DNA of 64,000 bases from Patescibacteria group bacterium (GCA_041675145.1 JBAYUK010000001.1:312283-376282), one strand, 5' to 3'. Shown: positions 18,561 through 29,407, counted from the stretch's first letter. The notes: generated by a model from the letters alone, not told the origin. Numbers and translations: made by a program.

Positions 18561-19000
18561 TGCCGGGCATCCAGCGTCAATCTAAATCCCCAGACCCTGA
18601 AGTACGAGCGGCACTTGCCGCTTACCTTCGAGGCGATGGTCCTTACCCCGTCCTGACAGAGGCTCCTGCTCAAGCAGAAAGTCCGCCGAAAAAGAAACCA
18701 AACGGCCGGGAATGGCATCCGGAAATCATTCAGCTTCCCAGCGGAGCACTCCATGATTGCCCCGTACGAGCAATTCTGGAACCTGCTGTGTTGCCGATCC
18801 TGGAAGAAGCCGAGATTCCCATCAACACCCATGTGGACATGAAGGAACGATGGGTTCATGGGGTGCGCGTCGCATACGACGAAGTCATCCTGTACATCCG
18901 AGCACCTGGTCCGTCATGGAGAAAGACAAAACAACTCCTTAAAGAAGCGGGCTTTGACCCCAACTCCTGCCTCAAACGGCGTGTTTTGTCACTTCACTAA
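18560..19000 (+). CDS. Hypothetical protein
   Basis: TGATG stop/start coupling to the upstream ORF. Confidence 0.65.
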   Translation: MPGIQRQSKSPDPEVRAALAAYLRGDGPYPVLTEAPAQAESPPKKKPNGREWHPEIIQLPSGALHDCPVRAILEPAVLPILEEAEIPINTHVDMKERWVHGVRVAYDEVILYIRAPGPSWRKTKQLLKEAGFDPNSCLKRRVLSLH

Positions 19001-19043
19001 ACAACTACCCTTTGGAGGAAAGGGTTACGAACAACAAAAAAAC

Positions 19044-19070
19044 AACGGCGTCCGAAAGGACGCCGTTTTT
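19044..19070. terminator. Intrinsic terminator (bidirectional)
   Basis: AACGGCGTCC-GAAA-GGACGCCGTT flanked by A/T runs. Confidence 0.8.
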
Positions 19071-19096
19071 CTATACCTTCTTTTCTTCTATTTTTT

Positions 19097-20122
19097 TTAT
19101 ACCTGCTTGCGACCAAAGTATTCGTAGGCTTTGGCTGTTGCCTTGCGCCCCCTGGGTGTTCTCTCTAGAAACCCGATCTGAAGCAAGTATGGCTCATACA
19201 TATCTTCAATGGTTTCTACATCCTCTGCTGTAGCTGCCGCTAGTGTTTCCAGTCCCACTGGTCCTCCTTTGAATTTATCTATCAAGGTAAGAAGTATTTT
19301 TTTGTCTCCCTTATCAAGTCCGAGTGAATCAATGTCCAGCATAGTAAGAGCCTCATCTACTACAGTAGCAGTTATCACTCCATCATGCCTTACATCAGCA
19401 AAGTCTCGTACGCGACGCAAAAGACGGTTTGCAATTCGGGGCGTAAAACGGGCTCTTGTTGCAAGCGATGCAGTAGCATCATCTAAAATTTTTGAGTTGA
19501 GAAGTTGCGCCGAACGATTCACGATCTGAGAAATTTCATCTTTTGTATAGAAGTCGAGATTGAAGATAGTACCGAACCGGTCTCGCAACGGCGAGCTCAT
19601 CATACCTACCTTTGTAGTAGCACCAATAATGGTAAAGGGTTGCAGTTCAATACGCATAGATCTGGCACCAGGTCCTTTTCCTATCATAATATCTATTGCA
19701 CGATCTTCCATGGCAGGATACAAGATCTCCTCCACTACTTTATTCAGACGATGAATCTCGTCAATAAAAAGCACATCGCCTGCTTCAAGACTGGTTAACA
19801 TTGAAGCCAGGTCTCCTGCTCGCTGTAAGGCAGGACCGGAAGTCACCTTAGTCTGACGACCAAGTTCGTTTCCAATAACAAAAGCCAGAGTTGTCTTTCC
19901 GATACCAGGCGGGCCATAGAGCAAGGCATGCTCAAGAGCTTCTCCTCTTTTTTTAGCCGCATCAATAAAGATCTGGAGGGACTCTTTAATCTTCCCCTGA
20001 CCTATATACTCAGAAAGTAACTGAGGGCGAAGGCTCGTATCTACCTTGTCGTCCATAGTTCTTACTGGTGAGACAAAGCGTTCCACATCTCCATCAAATT
20101 GTTCGTCTTGTTCTTCTGTCAT
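19097..20122 (-). CDS. ruvB: Holliday junction branch migration helicase RuvB
   Basis: [39 protein letters not shown]. Confidence 0.97.
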   Translation of the reverse strand: MTEEQDEQFDGDVERFVSPVRTMDDKVDTSLRPQLLSEYIGQGKIKESLQIFIDAAKKRGEALEHALLYGPPGIGKTTLAFVIGNELGRQTKVTSGPALQRAGDLASMLTSLEAGDVLFIDEIHRLNKVVEEILYPAMEDRAIDIMIGKGPGARSMRIELQPFTIIGATTKVGMMSSPLRDRFGTIFNLDFYTKDEISQIVNRSAQLLNSKILDDATASLATRARFTPRIANRLLRRVRDFADVRHDGVITATVVDEALTMLDIDSLGLDKGDKKILLTLIDKFKGGPVGLETLAAATAEDVETIEDMYEPYLLQIGFLERTPRGRKATAKAYEYFGRKQV

Positions 20123-20387
20123 ACAAGTATTATACGGGAAGTTTACTAAATAGAAAGTGTGAGTATATTCATAATACTAAGTTACTTAGTGCTGATGTTA
20201 TTCTTTTGTTATATATTGACTTATATATCTTTTAATGCTATAAATAGTATCTGTGCTCAATATGTTGAGCACCTGACCTTTCCCAGCTTAAACATCAAAA
20301 AGATAAGGAGAACTCATGAGGTAGCCTCACTGCAACTGTCGGTACACCACCCCATTTCAAATCTTCAACAGGAAGAAAGGATACCGT

Positions 20388-22415
20388 ATGAACTTCGACC
20401 TCCAAAACATTGCCTTGATTGTGATGGGCATTATCGGACTTCTGGCTCTTATTGCCATTGTCCGTGAAATGCTGGTCTATATCGGGCCAACAGAGGTTGG
20501 CTTGCTGACCAAAAACTTCGGACGCAAGAATCGCGGCGAAAACCCTATCGCCTTCAACGGCGAAGCCGGATACCAAGCAAAGCTCCTGATGCCCGGACTG
20601 CGCTTTGTGCTGTGGCCCATTTTCAGAGCCAAAAGATGTCCATGGGTGCAGATTCCAGCAGACGAGAAGGGCGTGGTCATCTCCCAGATCGGAGAACCAC
20701 TCCCCAACGGAACCCGCTCGGGCATCTATAAGCCGGCGTTTGGTCAGTTTACTGACCTGGAAGCATTCATTAATGGTGGTGGACAAAAAGGCGTGCAACG
20801 CCCTGTTCTCCCACCCGGCACTGTGCTCCCCCTTCACCCCATTGCCTTCCTAGTTGTCACCGGAGAAAAGGTCTTCGGAATTCCCACTGACCCAAACTTG
20901 GAGTCCAGACTAGAGAAAACAAGCGTGGGTTGCGAGGCTTTTGGTCTTCGTAGCAGTCAGCTCAAGGTTGACACCATTTCCTCAGTCAGAAGACAGGAAG
21001 ACAATGCTCCGGTGGACTGTATCGGGGTTGTCACCGCTCTTGACGGCGAGCCTCTTGGAACCGGCGACCTTTTCAGCCGCCTGGGAGGATTTTCCGACAT
21101 CGAAGCCTTACTCCATAAAGGAACTGGGGAACCAGACAAAATCGACAACAAAGAACTGGTTCATGCCATGATGGGCAACTCCAACGCGAAACACAACTCG
21201 TACCAAGACTTCCAGGCGTTTCTCGACAGCAAAGGTAAACGCGGACTGCAATACGATGTGCTCCTGCCAGGAGCGTATCTACTCAACCCAATCCTAGTGA
21301 GCCTCGAGGTCATCCCAATGACTGTGGTCAAGCAAGGAGAGGTGGCGGTGGTTACGGCATACGCCGGACTGCCACCCAAAGATGAGTCTGGTGAGAAGTT
21401 TAAGCACGGGTGGCTAGTTCGCCCTGGCTGCCGCGGCATTTGGATTGAGCCACTGCGCACCGGAAAATATGCGCTCAACTCCCACTGCTACTCAGTGGAG
21501 AAGGTTCCCACCGCCATCATCACCCTGAACTGGTCGGATCGCGTCAGCACAGCCCACAACTTCGACGAGAAACTGAGTCCGATTAATGTGAAGAGCAAAG
21601 AAGGCTTTGTTTTCACATTAGACCTTCAAGTGCAGATCCACATCCCAGACGCTGAGGCTCCTGGCGTCATCTCGCGCGTGGGCAGTGTCGCCAACTTGGT
21701 CGGTGAAGTACTCCAACCAGTTGTCGGAAACTACTTTCGCAACAAACTACAAGAAAAGTCGGCAGTTAAGTTCATCGAGGAACGAACCACGATCCAGGAG
21801 GAAGCGAAAAAATATGTCGAAGGTGAACTCTCCAAGTATGGCGTTCAACTGGTAGGCATCTTCGTTCAAGATGTCACCTTCCCGGAAGACTTAGTTTCAG
21901 TTCTGAAAAACCGAGAAATCGCCAACCAGCAAGTGAAAACTGAAGAGCAAAAGAAGCTAGCTGAGGATGCTCGCGCAAAGACTTTGGCAGCCAAGGGAAC
22001 AGCGGAAGCTCAAGAATCGTTATCCAGCTCCCTAGTCGGCATCCAGGTAGCCGAGAATCGCGCTAGCGCGCGCAAAAAACAAGGTGAAGGTGAAGCTGCC
22101 TATATCGAGTCCGTAGGCAAGGCCGAAGGATCAAGGGCTGAAGCACTTGGCAAGGGTCTGAAAGCCCAGTCCGAAATTCTTGGGCCTGAAAGCACGCTCA
22201 GGCTCAATGTTATCCAGGCAATGTCGGAAAAGGGCATCTCTCCCACTCCTCACATCCTGGTTATCGGAGGAAACAGCGGCACCGGCAACGGAACCCTGGA
22301 CGCCGTTCTGGCTTCCATGCTGGGCACCATACAGACCACGCCAACCACATCAGTTGCCACCAGCACTTCACAAAAAAGCCCGGTTTCAACCGAGCCGCCT
22401 CAAGCCGAGGCATAG
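20388..22415 (+). CDS. SPFH/band-7/flotillin-like membrane scaffold protein
   Basis: N-terminal TM, GEAGYQAKLL, GGGQKGVQ repeats, VPTAIITLNW, SKEGFVFTLDLQVQIHI, C-terminal coiled coil. Confidence 0.85.
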   Translation: MNFDLQNIALIVMGIIGLLALIAIVREMLVYIGPTEVGLLTKNFGRKNRGENPIAFNGEAGYQAKLLMPGLRFVLWPIFRAKRCPWVQIPADEKGVVISQIGEPLPNGTRSGIYKPAFGQFTDLEAFINGGGQKGVQRPVLPPGTVLPLHPIAFLVVTGEKVFGIPTDPNLESRLEKTSVGCEAFGLRSSQLKVDTISSVRRQEDNAPVDCIGVVTALDGEPLGTGDLFSRLGGFSDIEALLHKGTGEPDKIDNKELVHAMMGNSNAKHNSYQDFQAFLDSKGKRGLQYDVLLPGAYLLNPILVSLEVIPMTVVKQGEVAVVTAYAGLPPKDESGEKFKHGWLVRPGCRGIWIEPLRTGKYALNSHCYSVEKVPTAIITLNWSDRVSTAHNFDEKLSPINVKSKEGFVFTLDLQVQIHIPDAEAPGVISRVGSVANLVGEVLQPVVGNYFRNKLQEKSAVKFIEERTTIQEEAKKYVEGELSKYGVQLVGIFVQDVTFPEDLVSVLKNREIANQQVKTEEQKKLAEDARAKTLAAKGTAEAQESLSSSLVGIQVAENRASARKKQGEGEAAYIESVGKAEGSRAEALGKGLKAQSEILGPESTLRLNVIQAMSEKGISPTPHILVIGGNSGTGNGTLDAVLASMLGTIQTTPTTSVATSTSQKSPVSTEPPQAEA

Positions 22416-22528
22416 CACATAGCTTCACACGTACGACGCCACCCTGCGCATATGCAACGGGTGGCTTTTTTTATACAACACATAGAAAAAAACCGGGGCA
22501 ATACCCCGGCTTCCTAGATCTTTTCGTA

Positions 22529-23605
22529 TTATCCGTGCTTAAAGAGCACCACATCTCCATCCTGGAAAACATAGGGTTTTCCTTCCATACGAGCCCAGCC
22601 TTTTTCTCGAGCTTTGGGAAAGCCTCCGGCCTCAATGAATTTGTCATAACTCACCACTTCTGCTGCGATAAACTTCTTTTCAAAGTCGGTGTGAATCACT
22701 CCTGCTGCTTGCGGTGCGAGTGTTCCTCGTTTAATAGTCCAGGCACGCGCTTCTTGAGGACCTACTGTTAAGTACGAAATGAGATCGAGAATTGTATATC
22801 CTCGAGCTATGACCTGCTGGAGTGGTGTCATCTGTTCAGAGGCACCAATAGCCGTCAGGTATTCGGTGCGATCTTCCTCACTCATCTGAGCTAGCTCTTT
22901 TTCTAGTGCTACACAGATCTTCACACTTCCCTCTGGCACGCCAAGCTGCGTAGGAGTCATGCTTAGTTGGTCCTCTGAGACATTGGCGATGTAGAACATT
23001 GGCTTCATAGTAATGAGCTGGGTTTCTTTGAGTAACTCTTGTTCTTTCTCATCGAGTTCAATATTGCCATGTAGATACTTTTCTTCTTCAAGAATACCTT
23101 TCATTCTTTCAAGAAGTGCTACGCGTTCCTGTGCCTCTTTCTTACCCGAGCGAGCTTCTTTTTCGTTGCGGTCAATGGCTTTAGTGACCTGTTCAAGATC
23201 AGATAAGATAAGTTCAAGAGTTATGACTCGGATATCGTCTATAGGGGAAACTTTTCCTGCTACATGGATAATATTACCGTCCTCAAAACAACGAACTACC
23301 ATCGCAATAGCGTCTACTTCTTTAATGTGAGCCAGAAACTTATTCCCTAGTCCTTCTCCTTTAGAGGCTCCTGCTACCAGTCCTGCGATATCCACAAACT
23401 TGATTGAAGCAGGAATAATCTTTTGACTGTTCTCTACCTTTGCCAGTTCAGTCAAACGATTATCTGGCACCTCGACAATACCCACATTGGGTTCAATAGT
23501 GGTAAAGGGATAGTTACTCGCTTCCGCTACGGCGTTTTTGACGAGTGCGTTAAATAATGAGGACTTTCCCACGTTAGGAAGTCCTACGATTCCAATTTGT
23601 AGCAT
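22529..23605 (-). CDS. ychF: Redox-regulated ATPase YchF
   Basis: [45 protein letters not shown]. Confidence 0.97.
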   Translation of the reverse strand: MLQIGIVGLPNVGKSSLFNALVKNAVAEASNYPFTTIEPNVGIVEVPDNRLTELAKVENSQKIIPASIKFVDIAGLVAGASKGEGLGNKFLAHIKEVDAIAMVVRCFEDGNIIHVAGKVSPIDDIRVITLELILSDLEQVTKAIDRNEKEARSGKKEAQERVALLERMKGILEEEKYLHGNIELDEKEQELLKETQLITMKPMFYIANVSEDQLSMTPTQLGVPEGSVKICVALEKELAQMSEEDRTEYLTAIGASEQMTPLQQVIARGYTILDLISYLTVGPQEARAWTIKRGTLAPQAAGVIHTDFEKKFIAAEVVSYDKFIEAGGFPKAREKGWARMEGKPYVFQDGDVVLFKHG

Positions 23606-23616
23606 ATAAAGAATAA

Positions 23617-24099
23617 TTAATGAGAAATAGTTGAAAACAAGAAGGCAGCACCTACTATTAGCGTGCCCATACTAGCACCAAAGGAAATTACCTTTATTAC
23701 AAACGACAATAGTAGAGCCCAACGAAAACGAATTTTACCCATACCTGCAAAGAATAGTGTGCCGATAGAGAAAATAAGCAGAGCACTGAGCAGTATCAAG
23801 AGAGGCTGTAAGCCAATAAAGTATCTATTAGCAATATATATCGACAACACAGGAAATAGCGGTGCGGTAAAAAGAGCACTTATACATGTAGCCCATAACA
23901 AACGAGGTTTATAAATTTCTTTAAACGCTTTCGGGATCACATTCACGAGTATCCACATAACAACAAGCTCCGCCAGTGTACCGCCAACAAGAAAAGATAC
24001 GGCAACAATAGGATCCCCATGAAACAATGCAAAGACATCGTATCCAAGGGCCACTAGAAGCAGCAAAGAGTTAGCAATTACAGTACGAGAAATAACCAT
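23617..24099 (-). CDS. Hypothetical membrane protein
   Basis: Multiple hydrophobic segments; start uncertain. Confidence 0.6.
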   Translation of the reverse strand: MVISRTVIANSLLLLVALGYDVFALFHGDPIVAVSFLVGGTLAELVVMWILVNVIPKAFKEIYKPRLLWATCISALFTAPLFPVLSIYIANRYFIGLQPLLILLSALLIFSIGTLFFAGMGKIRFRWALLLSFVIKVISFGASMGTLIVGAAFLFSTISH

Positions 24100-24216
24100 A
24101 GTAGTGTAGACAAGAGATAATAGCACCATTTTATCAGAATTTTAAGCAAAATAATAGCCTACTCATCTCCTACTAGGAGACTTTCGGCTTATCTTGAATT
24201 CGAGCATGAAACAATC

Positions 24217-24822
24217 TTATGCATACCCCACAAGATGAATCTGGAGGAGACGTACGGCGAGCCGCTCTTTCACACTTCCACAGCTTGCAATCTGGTCTGT
24301 TTTTTGCAAGATCAGGTGGCGCACATGCGGATAGCGTCTCAGTGGCAGCGCAAACGAAATCAGGTTCAGCTGAGCTAAGTTCTCAGCACAGCCAGCCATT
24401 CCTTCAAAAACTACCTGTTCGCTAACACCCCTCACTTTACGCAAAAGAGCCCAATGTTGATAGGTGCTTGCGTTCACACGCATACCCTCAACGCATTTTT
24501 GCGCAAAGGGCCAATACGCCTGAGCAGCTGCCGTGCAGTGCAAAGCTCTCCACCTATCAAAGGACTGTTCTTTTTGAGGCTTTTCTTCCTCCATTAGAAT
24601 GTTGCAATAACTTTCGGGAAATGCAACAAGAGCAGTGATCTCCCAGAGATTCTTGTGTTGTAGCCACGGGATGAGCCTTGTGGCTATGAAAGGCTCCAAG
24701 CGTGCATGACTGGCCGCAATTTGTTTTGCCAATCTTTCTTGATCCAAATCTTGGACAGGAATCCTGGTGATATTAAAGAGGTTAGTTCCCTTCTTCTGTT
24801 GATACGGGGTGAAATAGAGCAT
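24217..24822 (-). CDS. Hypothetical protein
   Basis: SD AGGAGG, 201 aa. Confidence 0.7.
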   Translation of the reverse strand: MLYFTPYQQKKGTNLFNITRIPVQDLDQERLAKQIAASHARLEPFIATRLIPWLQHKNLWEITALVAFPESYCNILMEEEKPQKEQSFDRWRALHCTAAAQAYWPFAQKCVEGMRVNASTYQHWALLRKVRGVSEQVVFEGMAGCAENLAQLNLISFALPLRRYPHVRHLILQKTDQIASCGSVKERLAVRLLQIHLVGYA

Positions 24823-24954
24823 AAAGCCCTCCTTTGTTTTTTAAACTGCAATGGTTCTGCTTATAATCTTACCAGAAAAAAGACAAAATAATAGCCGAAG
24901 AGTGGATGTCCTCTTCGGCATTCGAGTTTCTTGGGAAAGTTTTGCGACCTAGGG

Positions 24955-25302
24955 TCATTCGTTCTGTCCTTTATTTTCTTGTTGCAAGATGGGTTTCCAT
25001 CCGGCATAAGAAAGCGCTTTTTCAACGGAAGCCCAGTCTTCACTTGGATCAACGAAGTAGCTGACCCAGATTTGTATTCCGATCCTGTGGTTGATGGGAT
25101 CTACCCTCGGGTCAATCAGGTTACGGGTGACTTTTGCAAATAAGCTTGTGGGTAAAAACCCAGACTTATTTTCAAAGTCTCCAATACAGATCTCCATCTC
25201 CTTAGGCGGAATAAAATCCAGGGGGATAGTGTTTGTAAAAAAGCGATCCTTTTCGCCGTTTTGTTGGCATCTGAGGTTGAGCATCATCGTTCTTTGTTTC
25301 AT
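24955..25302 (-). CDS. Hypothetical protein
   Basis: SD AAGGAG, 115 aa. Confidence 0.65.
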   Translation of the reverse strand: MKQRTMMLNLRCQQNGEKDRFFTNTIPLDFIPPKEMEICIGDFENKSGFLPTSLFAKVTRNLIDPRVDPINHRIGIQIWVSYFVDPSEDWASVEKALSYAGWKPILQQENKGQNE

Positions 25303-25366
25303 CGGGACTTCTCCTTAAACTTTTTTCTGTCGTATCACGGCGGTGTAGAGCTCCTCCTGGGGAGTG

Positions 25367-25795
25367 TTAGACGAGGCCCTGTTCGACGAGCCTAGAGAGA
25401 ACGAACCTGAGGTCACCGCTTCGCTTGCTCACATCGAACTCGAGCTTGAAGTTGGGGTCATTCCAGCCCGGAGAGGTTCTCCTTACTTCATACTGAAACT
25501 CAGCGAAGCCGCTTTGAGAGTTCATCAGAACAACTCCCTCGAACCCTGCTTCGCGCAGCGCCTTCCAGACATCTAGTCCGGAATACTCCTGGTCGAGGTC
25601 AGAATCCATCAGAATCAGCCCTGGGTTAAGCTCCTTAGTGAGTCGGATCGCGTCTTCTTGGGTGGCGGGCATCTCGTCGTGGAGCGTGAAACCCATTTCT
25701 TCTAATCCAGAAGAAAAGCGGAATTGATTAATGACGAGCTGTGGCCTGTCTTCAACAGCCAAGATAAGTCTACTGTTTGGGTTGGGAAGGGTCAT
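25367..25795 (-). CDS. Stand-alone response-regulator receiver domain protein
   Basis: ILAVED, LILMD, SGLDV, VLMNS, later Lys. Confidence 0.7.
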   Translation of the reverse strand: MTLPNPNSRLILAVEDRPQLVINQFRFSSGLEEMGFTLHDEMPATQEDAIRLTKELNPGLILMDSDLDQEYSGLDVWKALREAGFEGVVLMNSQSGFAEFQYEVRRTSPGWNDPNFKLEFDVSKRSGDLRFVLSRLVEQGLV

Positions 25796-25979
25796 TTTCA
25801 AGCCTTTCGTCCACTTAGGACATTTTTTTGACCACAAGTGGCCTGTATATATTATACTATGCTATGAATACTATGTACATATATTTATAGTAAAAACCCT
25901 GTGTAATAAATATATAATGTAAATTTATGCATATTTGTGGTACAATACCAAGAGAAACACACAAACAGGGAGGCACTCT

Positions 25980-26492
25980 TTGGATACGGGACAACTCACA
26001 TTACTTCGCGTTGTGGTTGAACAGCCCACAACAGGAAACATCATCTCTTTAGATAGCACCAAGTTATCACTGAGCATCCGTGTTGTAAAGGAATGGGTAG
26101 ATCAGGCGGAAGCTGCTGCCGCACGCGCTGGGCAAGACCTTACCACCTCCTTTAAGCTCCACCTCCAAGAGGCGTGCAAAGACAGAAAGGAGTCTGTTGA
26201 TTTCCTTAGCCAACACCTCTTGAAGAGACCAAACAATACTCCCCCAAGACCATCTCTGAGCAGTGTAAAGTCAGTGCAACACAAAGAAGATGGCACGAGA
26301 CACACCGAGCTTACAAATAGAGATACGGTGGTTGAATGGCGCTCTCCTGAGCCACGCATTGTTGAAGAAAAAACCATTGCGATTAGCCTTGAGGAAATGG
26401 CTCTTCTTCATGAAACAGAAACACACGCACAAACCGTAAACCTCAGACCCCATACGGTCATATCTATCCTCAATCTCATTGCCAGTCCTTAA
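25980..26492 (+). CDS. Hypothetical protein
   Basis: TTG start behind GGGAGG; TG-TACAAT promoter upstream. Confidence 0.6.
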   Translation: MDTGQLTLLRVVVEQPTTGNIISLDSTKLSLSIRVVKEWVDQAEAAAARAGQDLTTSFKLHLQEACKDRKESVDFLSQHLLKRPNNTPPRPSLSSVKSVQHKEDGTRHTELTNRDTVVEWRSPEPRIVEEKTIAISLEEMALLHETETHAQTVNLRPHTVISILNLIASP

Positions 26493-26564
26493 CGAGACAG
26501 GTCTCTGTCTCGTCTCTTTTCACCCCACAATTCGTGGGGTACTTCTTTGCCCAAAACAAAATAT

Positions 26565-26675
26565 ATCCATATCTTGTATAGCAGGGGGTTCTTATAGTTC
26601 TACATGTTGATTACATGAATCTACATCTTGTACCCTATTGACTTTTTTACGGCACTTTGCTACCATATATTGTAG
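26565..26675. promoter_or_regulatory. Four phased NrdR-box-like operators overlapping a TTGACT-N17-TACCAT promoter
   Basis: CCATATCTTG (26567), CTACATGTTG (26600), CTACATCTTG (26621), CCATATATTG (26663); spacing 33/21/42 bp. Confidence 0.55.
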
Positions 26676-26727
26676 ATAGGTTGAAGAGTGCAATACGCAC
26701 TTTTACATTTTACAGGAGGTGCTTCTT

Positions 26728-27108
26728 ATGCCAAGAACACCAACAACCCCTCCCGCTAGACGGGCTTCGTCCAATCGACCGAGAAAAGTCGATTACCGGC
26801 TTCGCAATGCCATTGCGGAGAACAACATCGTGGCAGTACGCGCTGCAATCAAGGCAGGAGCCGACCCAAATCGGCGCATGGATCTTGACTTTCAGACGCC
26901 AACCCACACTGCCGCTTCACTGGATCTACGCGACATTATGATCTGCTTGATCGCTAATGGCGCTGATCCGTACCAACAGGACAAGAGTGAATTTACTCCG
27001 TATCAGCTCGGAAATAACAAAACGAAACAAGTTATTTACGACTACTACGGACAATGCGAAACTCCTCCTATTCCCCCAGGGGCTCCCCTCGCCCTCACTG
27101 GCTCTTAA
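26728..27108 (+). CDS. Small ankyrin-repeat protein
   Basis: AIKAGADPN, TPTHTAA, LIANGADP, FTPYQL; SD AGGAGGTG. Confidence 0.8.
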   Translation: MPRTPTTPPARRASSNRPRKVDYRLRNAIAENNIVAVRAAIKAGADPNRRMDLDFQTPTHTAASLDLRDIMICLIANGADPYQQDKSEFTPYQLGNNKTKQVIYDYYGQCETPPIPPGAPLALTGS

Positions 27109-27194
27109 CCGAGTCGAAAAGGCCTGTCTTCGGATAGGCCCTTTTCATATCTAAACACACTACCAATCGTGTGTTTTTTGTTTATACTTACACT

Positions 27195-27617
27195 ATGAAA
27201 CTCTTAATTAAAAAACTTCACCCTGATGCTACTATCCCTAGCTTTGCATATACCCACGATGCTGGTATGGATCTTTATGCCACTGAAGCAGTAACGCTTT
27301 CCCCTTCTGAAAAAAAGATTATCCCGACAGGCATCTCCGTTGCTCTTCCTGAGGGTTATGTCCTTCTTATTTGGGATAAGTCCGGAATTGGCATCAAACA
27401 TGGAATTAAAACCCTAGGGGGCGTAATCGATGCTGGGTTTCGCGGTGAAATTATGATCGGTATGGTTAACCTCTCAAGCGAACCATATACCTTTGAAAAA
27501 GGGCATAAAGTTGCGCAAGCGGTCATTCAAAAAATCGAACAGCCTGAGATAGAAATCGTAGAAGAACTCCCAGAATCTGACCGTGGTGAAGGCATTTTTG
27601 GCAGTAGCGGCAAGTAG
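27195..27617 (+). CDS. dut: dUTP diphosphatase
   Basis: DAGMDL, KSG, GVIDAGFRGEI, AQ, RGEGIFGSSG. Confidence 0.95.
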   Translation: MKLLIKKLHPDATIPSFAYTHDAGMDLYATEAVTLSPSEKKIIPTGISVALPEGYVLLIWDKSGIGIKHGIKTLGGVIDAGFRGEIMIGMVNLSSEPYTFEKGHKVAQAVIQKIEQPEIEIVEELPESDRGEGIFGSSGK

Positions 27618-27676
27618 CACATAGCTTGCGAATCGTCTAATTTACGTCTATAATACGTCTATATTAATGAGACGAT

Positions 27677-28705
27677 ATGTTTGACCCACACTACACTATT
27701 ACACCGAAGCTACTCGCTAATATTAAGAAAATTACGGTTCTTATCGAGAAGCTTAACAGTGAGGTATACCCCACTGTTGTTTTGGCAGAATTAAAGAGAA
27801 ATGCTTTTTCTCTTTCTTCGTACTCTTCAACTAGCATTGAAGGAAACCCCCTACCCCTATCTGAGGTGAAAATAATACTTAAGAATAATCCAAAGATAAT
27901 TCGGGACAGCGAAAGAGAAGTAATTAACTACAATAACGCCCTAAAAGAGCTGGATATGGTAGTTCGTGAAAGAAAGGGCACTCTCAATTTGGCCACTATT
28001 CTTAATACTCAGAAGATAGTAACCAATAAATTAATAGGCCCGGAGAATAGCGGTAAACTCAGAACTACTCAGGTATATGTAAAGAATCCTAAGCTTAGAA
28101 AAATTATATATATGGCGCCACAGGCGCAAGACATACGTCACCTACTAGATGACCTCATACAGTTCGTTAACTCAAGCAAGGATATAATTGACCCACTTAT
28201 TTTGGCCGGTATATTTCACAAACAATTCGTTATTGTCCATCCATTTACTGATGGCAATGGAAGAACAGCTCGCCTTATAACTAAGCTCGTGCTCGCTAGT
28301 ATGGGGCTTAATACCTTTAGTCTCTTTAGTTTTGAGAACTACTACAATCAACACATTGAAAAGTATTTTAATACCGTTGGAGTTGTAGGCCACTACTATG
28401 ACGAAAAAGATACAATAGACTTCACTCCCTGGTTAGAATACTTTACTGACGGCATCATAGACGAGCTACTAAGAGTACGTGCTATCCTTAAAAAACAAAA
28501 AAAATCTTCTGAAACAGTTCTTAAACCGCACCACGAAACTATTTTGTACCACATCACAAAACATGGGTTTATTACTGACCGTGAGTACGCTCGTATCACT
28601 TCCCGCGCTAAGCCCACTCGCCACCTCGACTTCAAAAAGCTCATTAACCTCGGTCTTATACAAAAGAAAGGGAACGGGAGAGCAACCATCTATATTGTAC
28701 GATAA
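27677..28705 (+). CDS. Fic-family protein with C-terminal winged HTH
   Basis: STSIEGN, HPFTDGNGRTAR, C-terminal DFKKLINLGLI..GNGRATIY. Confidence 0.92.
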   Translation: MFDPHYTITPKLLANIKKITVLIEKLNSEVYPTVVLAELKRNAFSLSSYSSTSIEGNPLPLSEVKIILKNNPKIIRDSEREVINYNNALKELDMVVRERKGTLNLATILNTQKIVTNKLIGPENSGKLRTTQVYVKNPKLRKIIYMAPQAQDIRHLLDDLIQFVNSSKDIIDPLILAGIFHKQFVIVHPFTDGNGRTARLITKLVLASMGLNTFSLFSFENYYNQHIEKYFNTVGVVGHYYDEKDTIDFTPWLEYFTDGIIDELLRVRAILKKQKKSSETVLKPHHETILYHITKHGFITDREYARITSRAKPTRHLDFKKLINLGLIQKKGNGRATIYIVR

Positions 28706-28753
28706 AAAAGAAATATAGATTAATGGGATGAATATCGCGTATAGTATCTCTAT

Positions 28754-29407
28754 ATGACAGACCTTTTTATATCCCAACCTGACTTTCTTGTAACCTTTGT
28801 GGTCTTTGTACTAAGTATTACCCTGCATGAGGCAGCTCATGCATGGGCTACTACTCGTTTTGGTGACACAGATGCTAAAGAATCTGGGAGACTTACTCTC
28901 AACCCCATCGCTCACTTTGAAGCAACCGGGATTATCACCTTTCTGCTGCTCGGTTTTGGCTGGGGCAAACCGGTACCTACTAGCGGTAACCTTTCCAAAC
29001 TAGATACCGTAAAGGTTGCCCTTATTGGTCCGGTAACTCATTTAGTGCTCGCCTTCTTCTTTGGAATCCTAACGGCTGTTAATATCCTCCTCATTAATCG
29101 TGGTATCTATACCTTTACTGCATATTCCTGGATTTTCTCACTTGGCTTTTCTCTCAATATTACTTTGATGTGTGTAAACCTCATCCCTCTCCCACCACTA
29201 GATGCTTCCCATATCCTGGAGATGCTCCTACCTAAAGAGAAAGCGCAAACTTTTTTCCGTTTTGCGCCCTACGCCCTACTTGCTTTGTTGCTATTCCAAG
29301 TAGTAACGGGTAACTTATTTCTACTCACCCCCTTCTTTACATTTGTATATACTGTTGGTAATTCCCTACTTCATGGTATACTTGCTTTATTCAGCATCGG
29401 TTTCTAG
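28754..29407 (+). CDS. Site-2 protease (M50) intramembrane metalloprotease
   Basis: [30 protein letters not shown]. Confidence 0.9.
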   Translation: MTDLFISQPDFLVTFVVFVLSITLHEAAHAWATTRFGDTDAKESGRLTLNPIAHFEATGIITFLLLGFGWGKPVPTSGNLSKLDTVKVALIGPVTHLVLAFFFGILTAVNILLINRGIYTFTAYSWIFSLGFSLNITLMCVNLIPLPPLDASHILEMLLPKEKAQTFFRFAPYALLALLLFQVVTGNLFLLTPFFTFVYTVGNSLLHGILALFSIGF

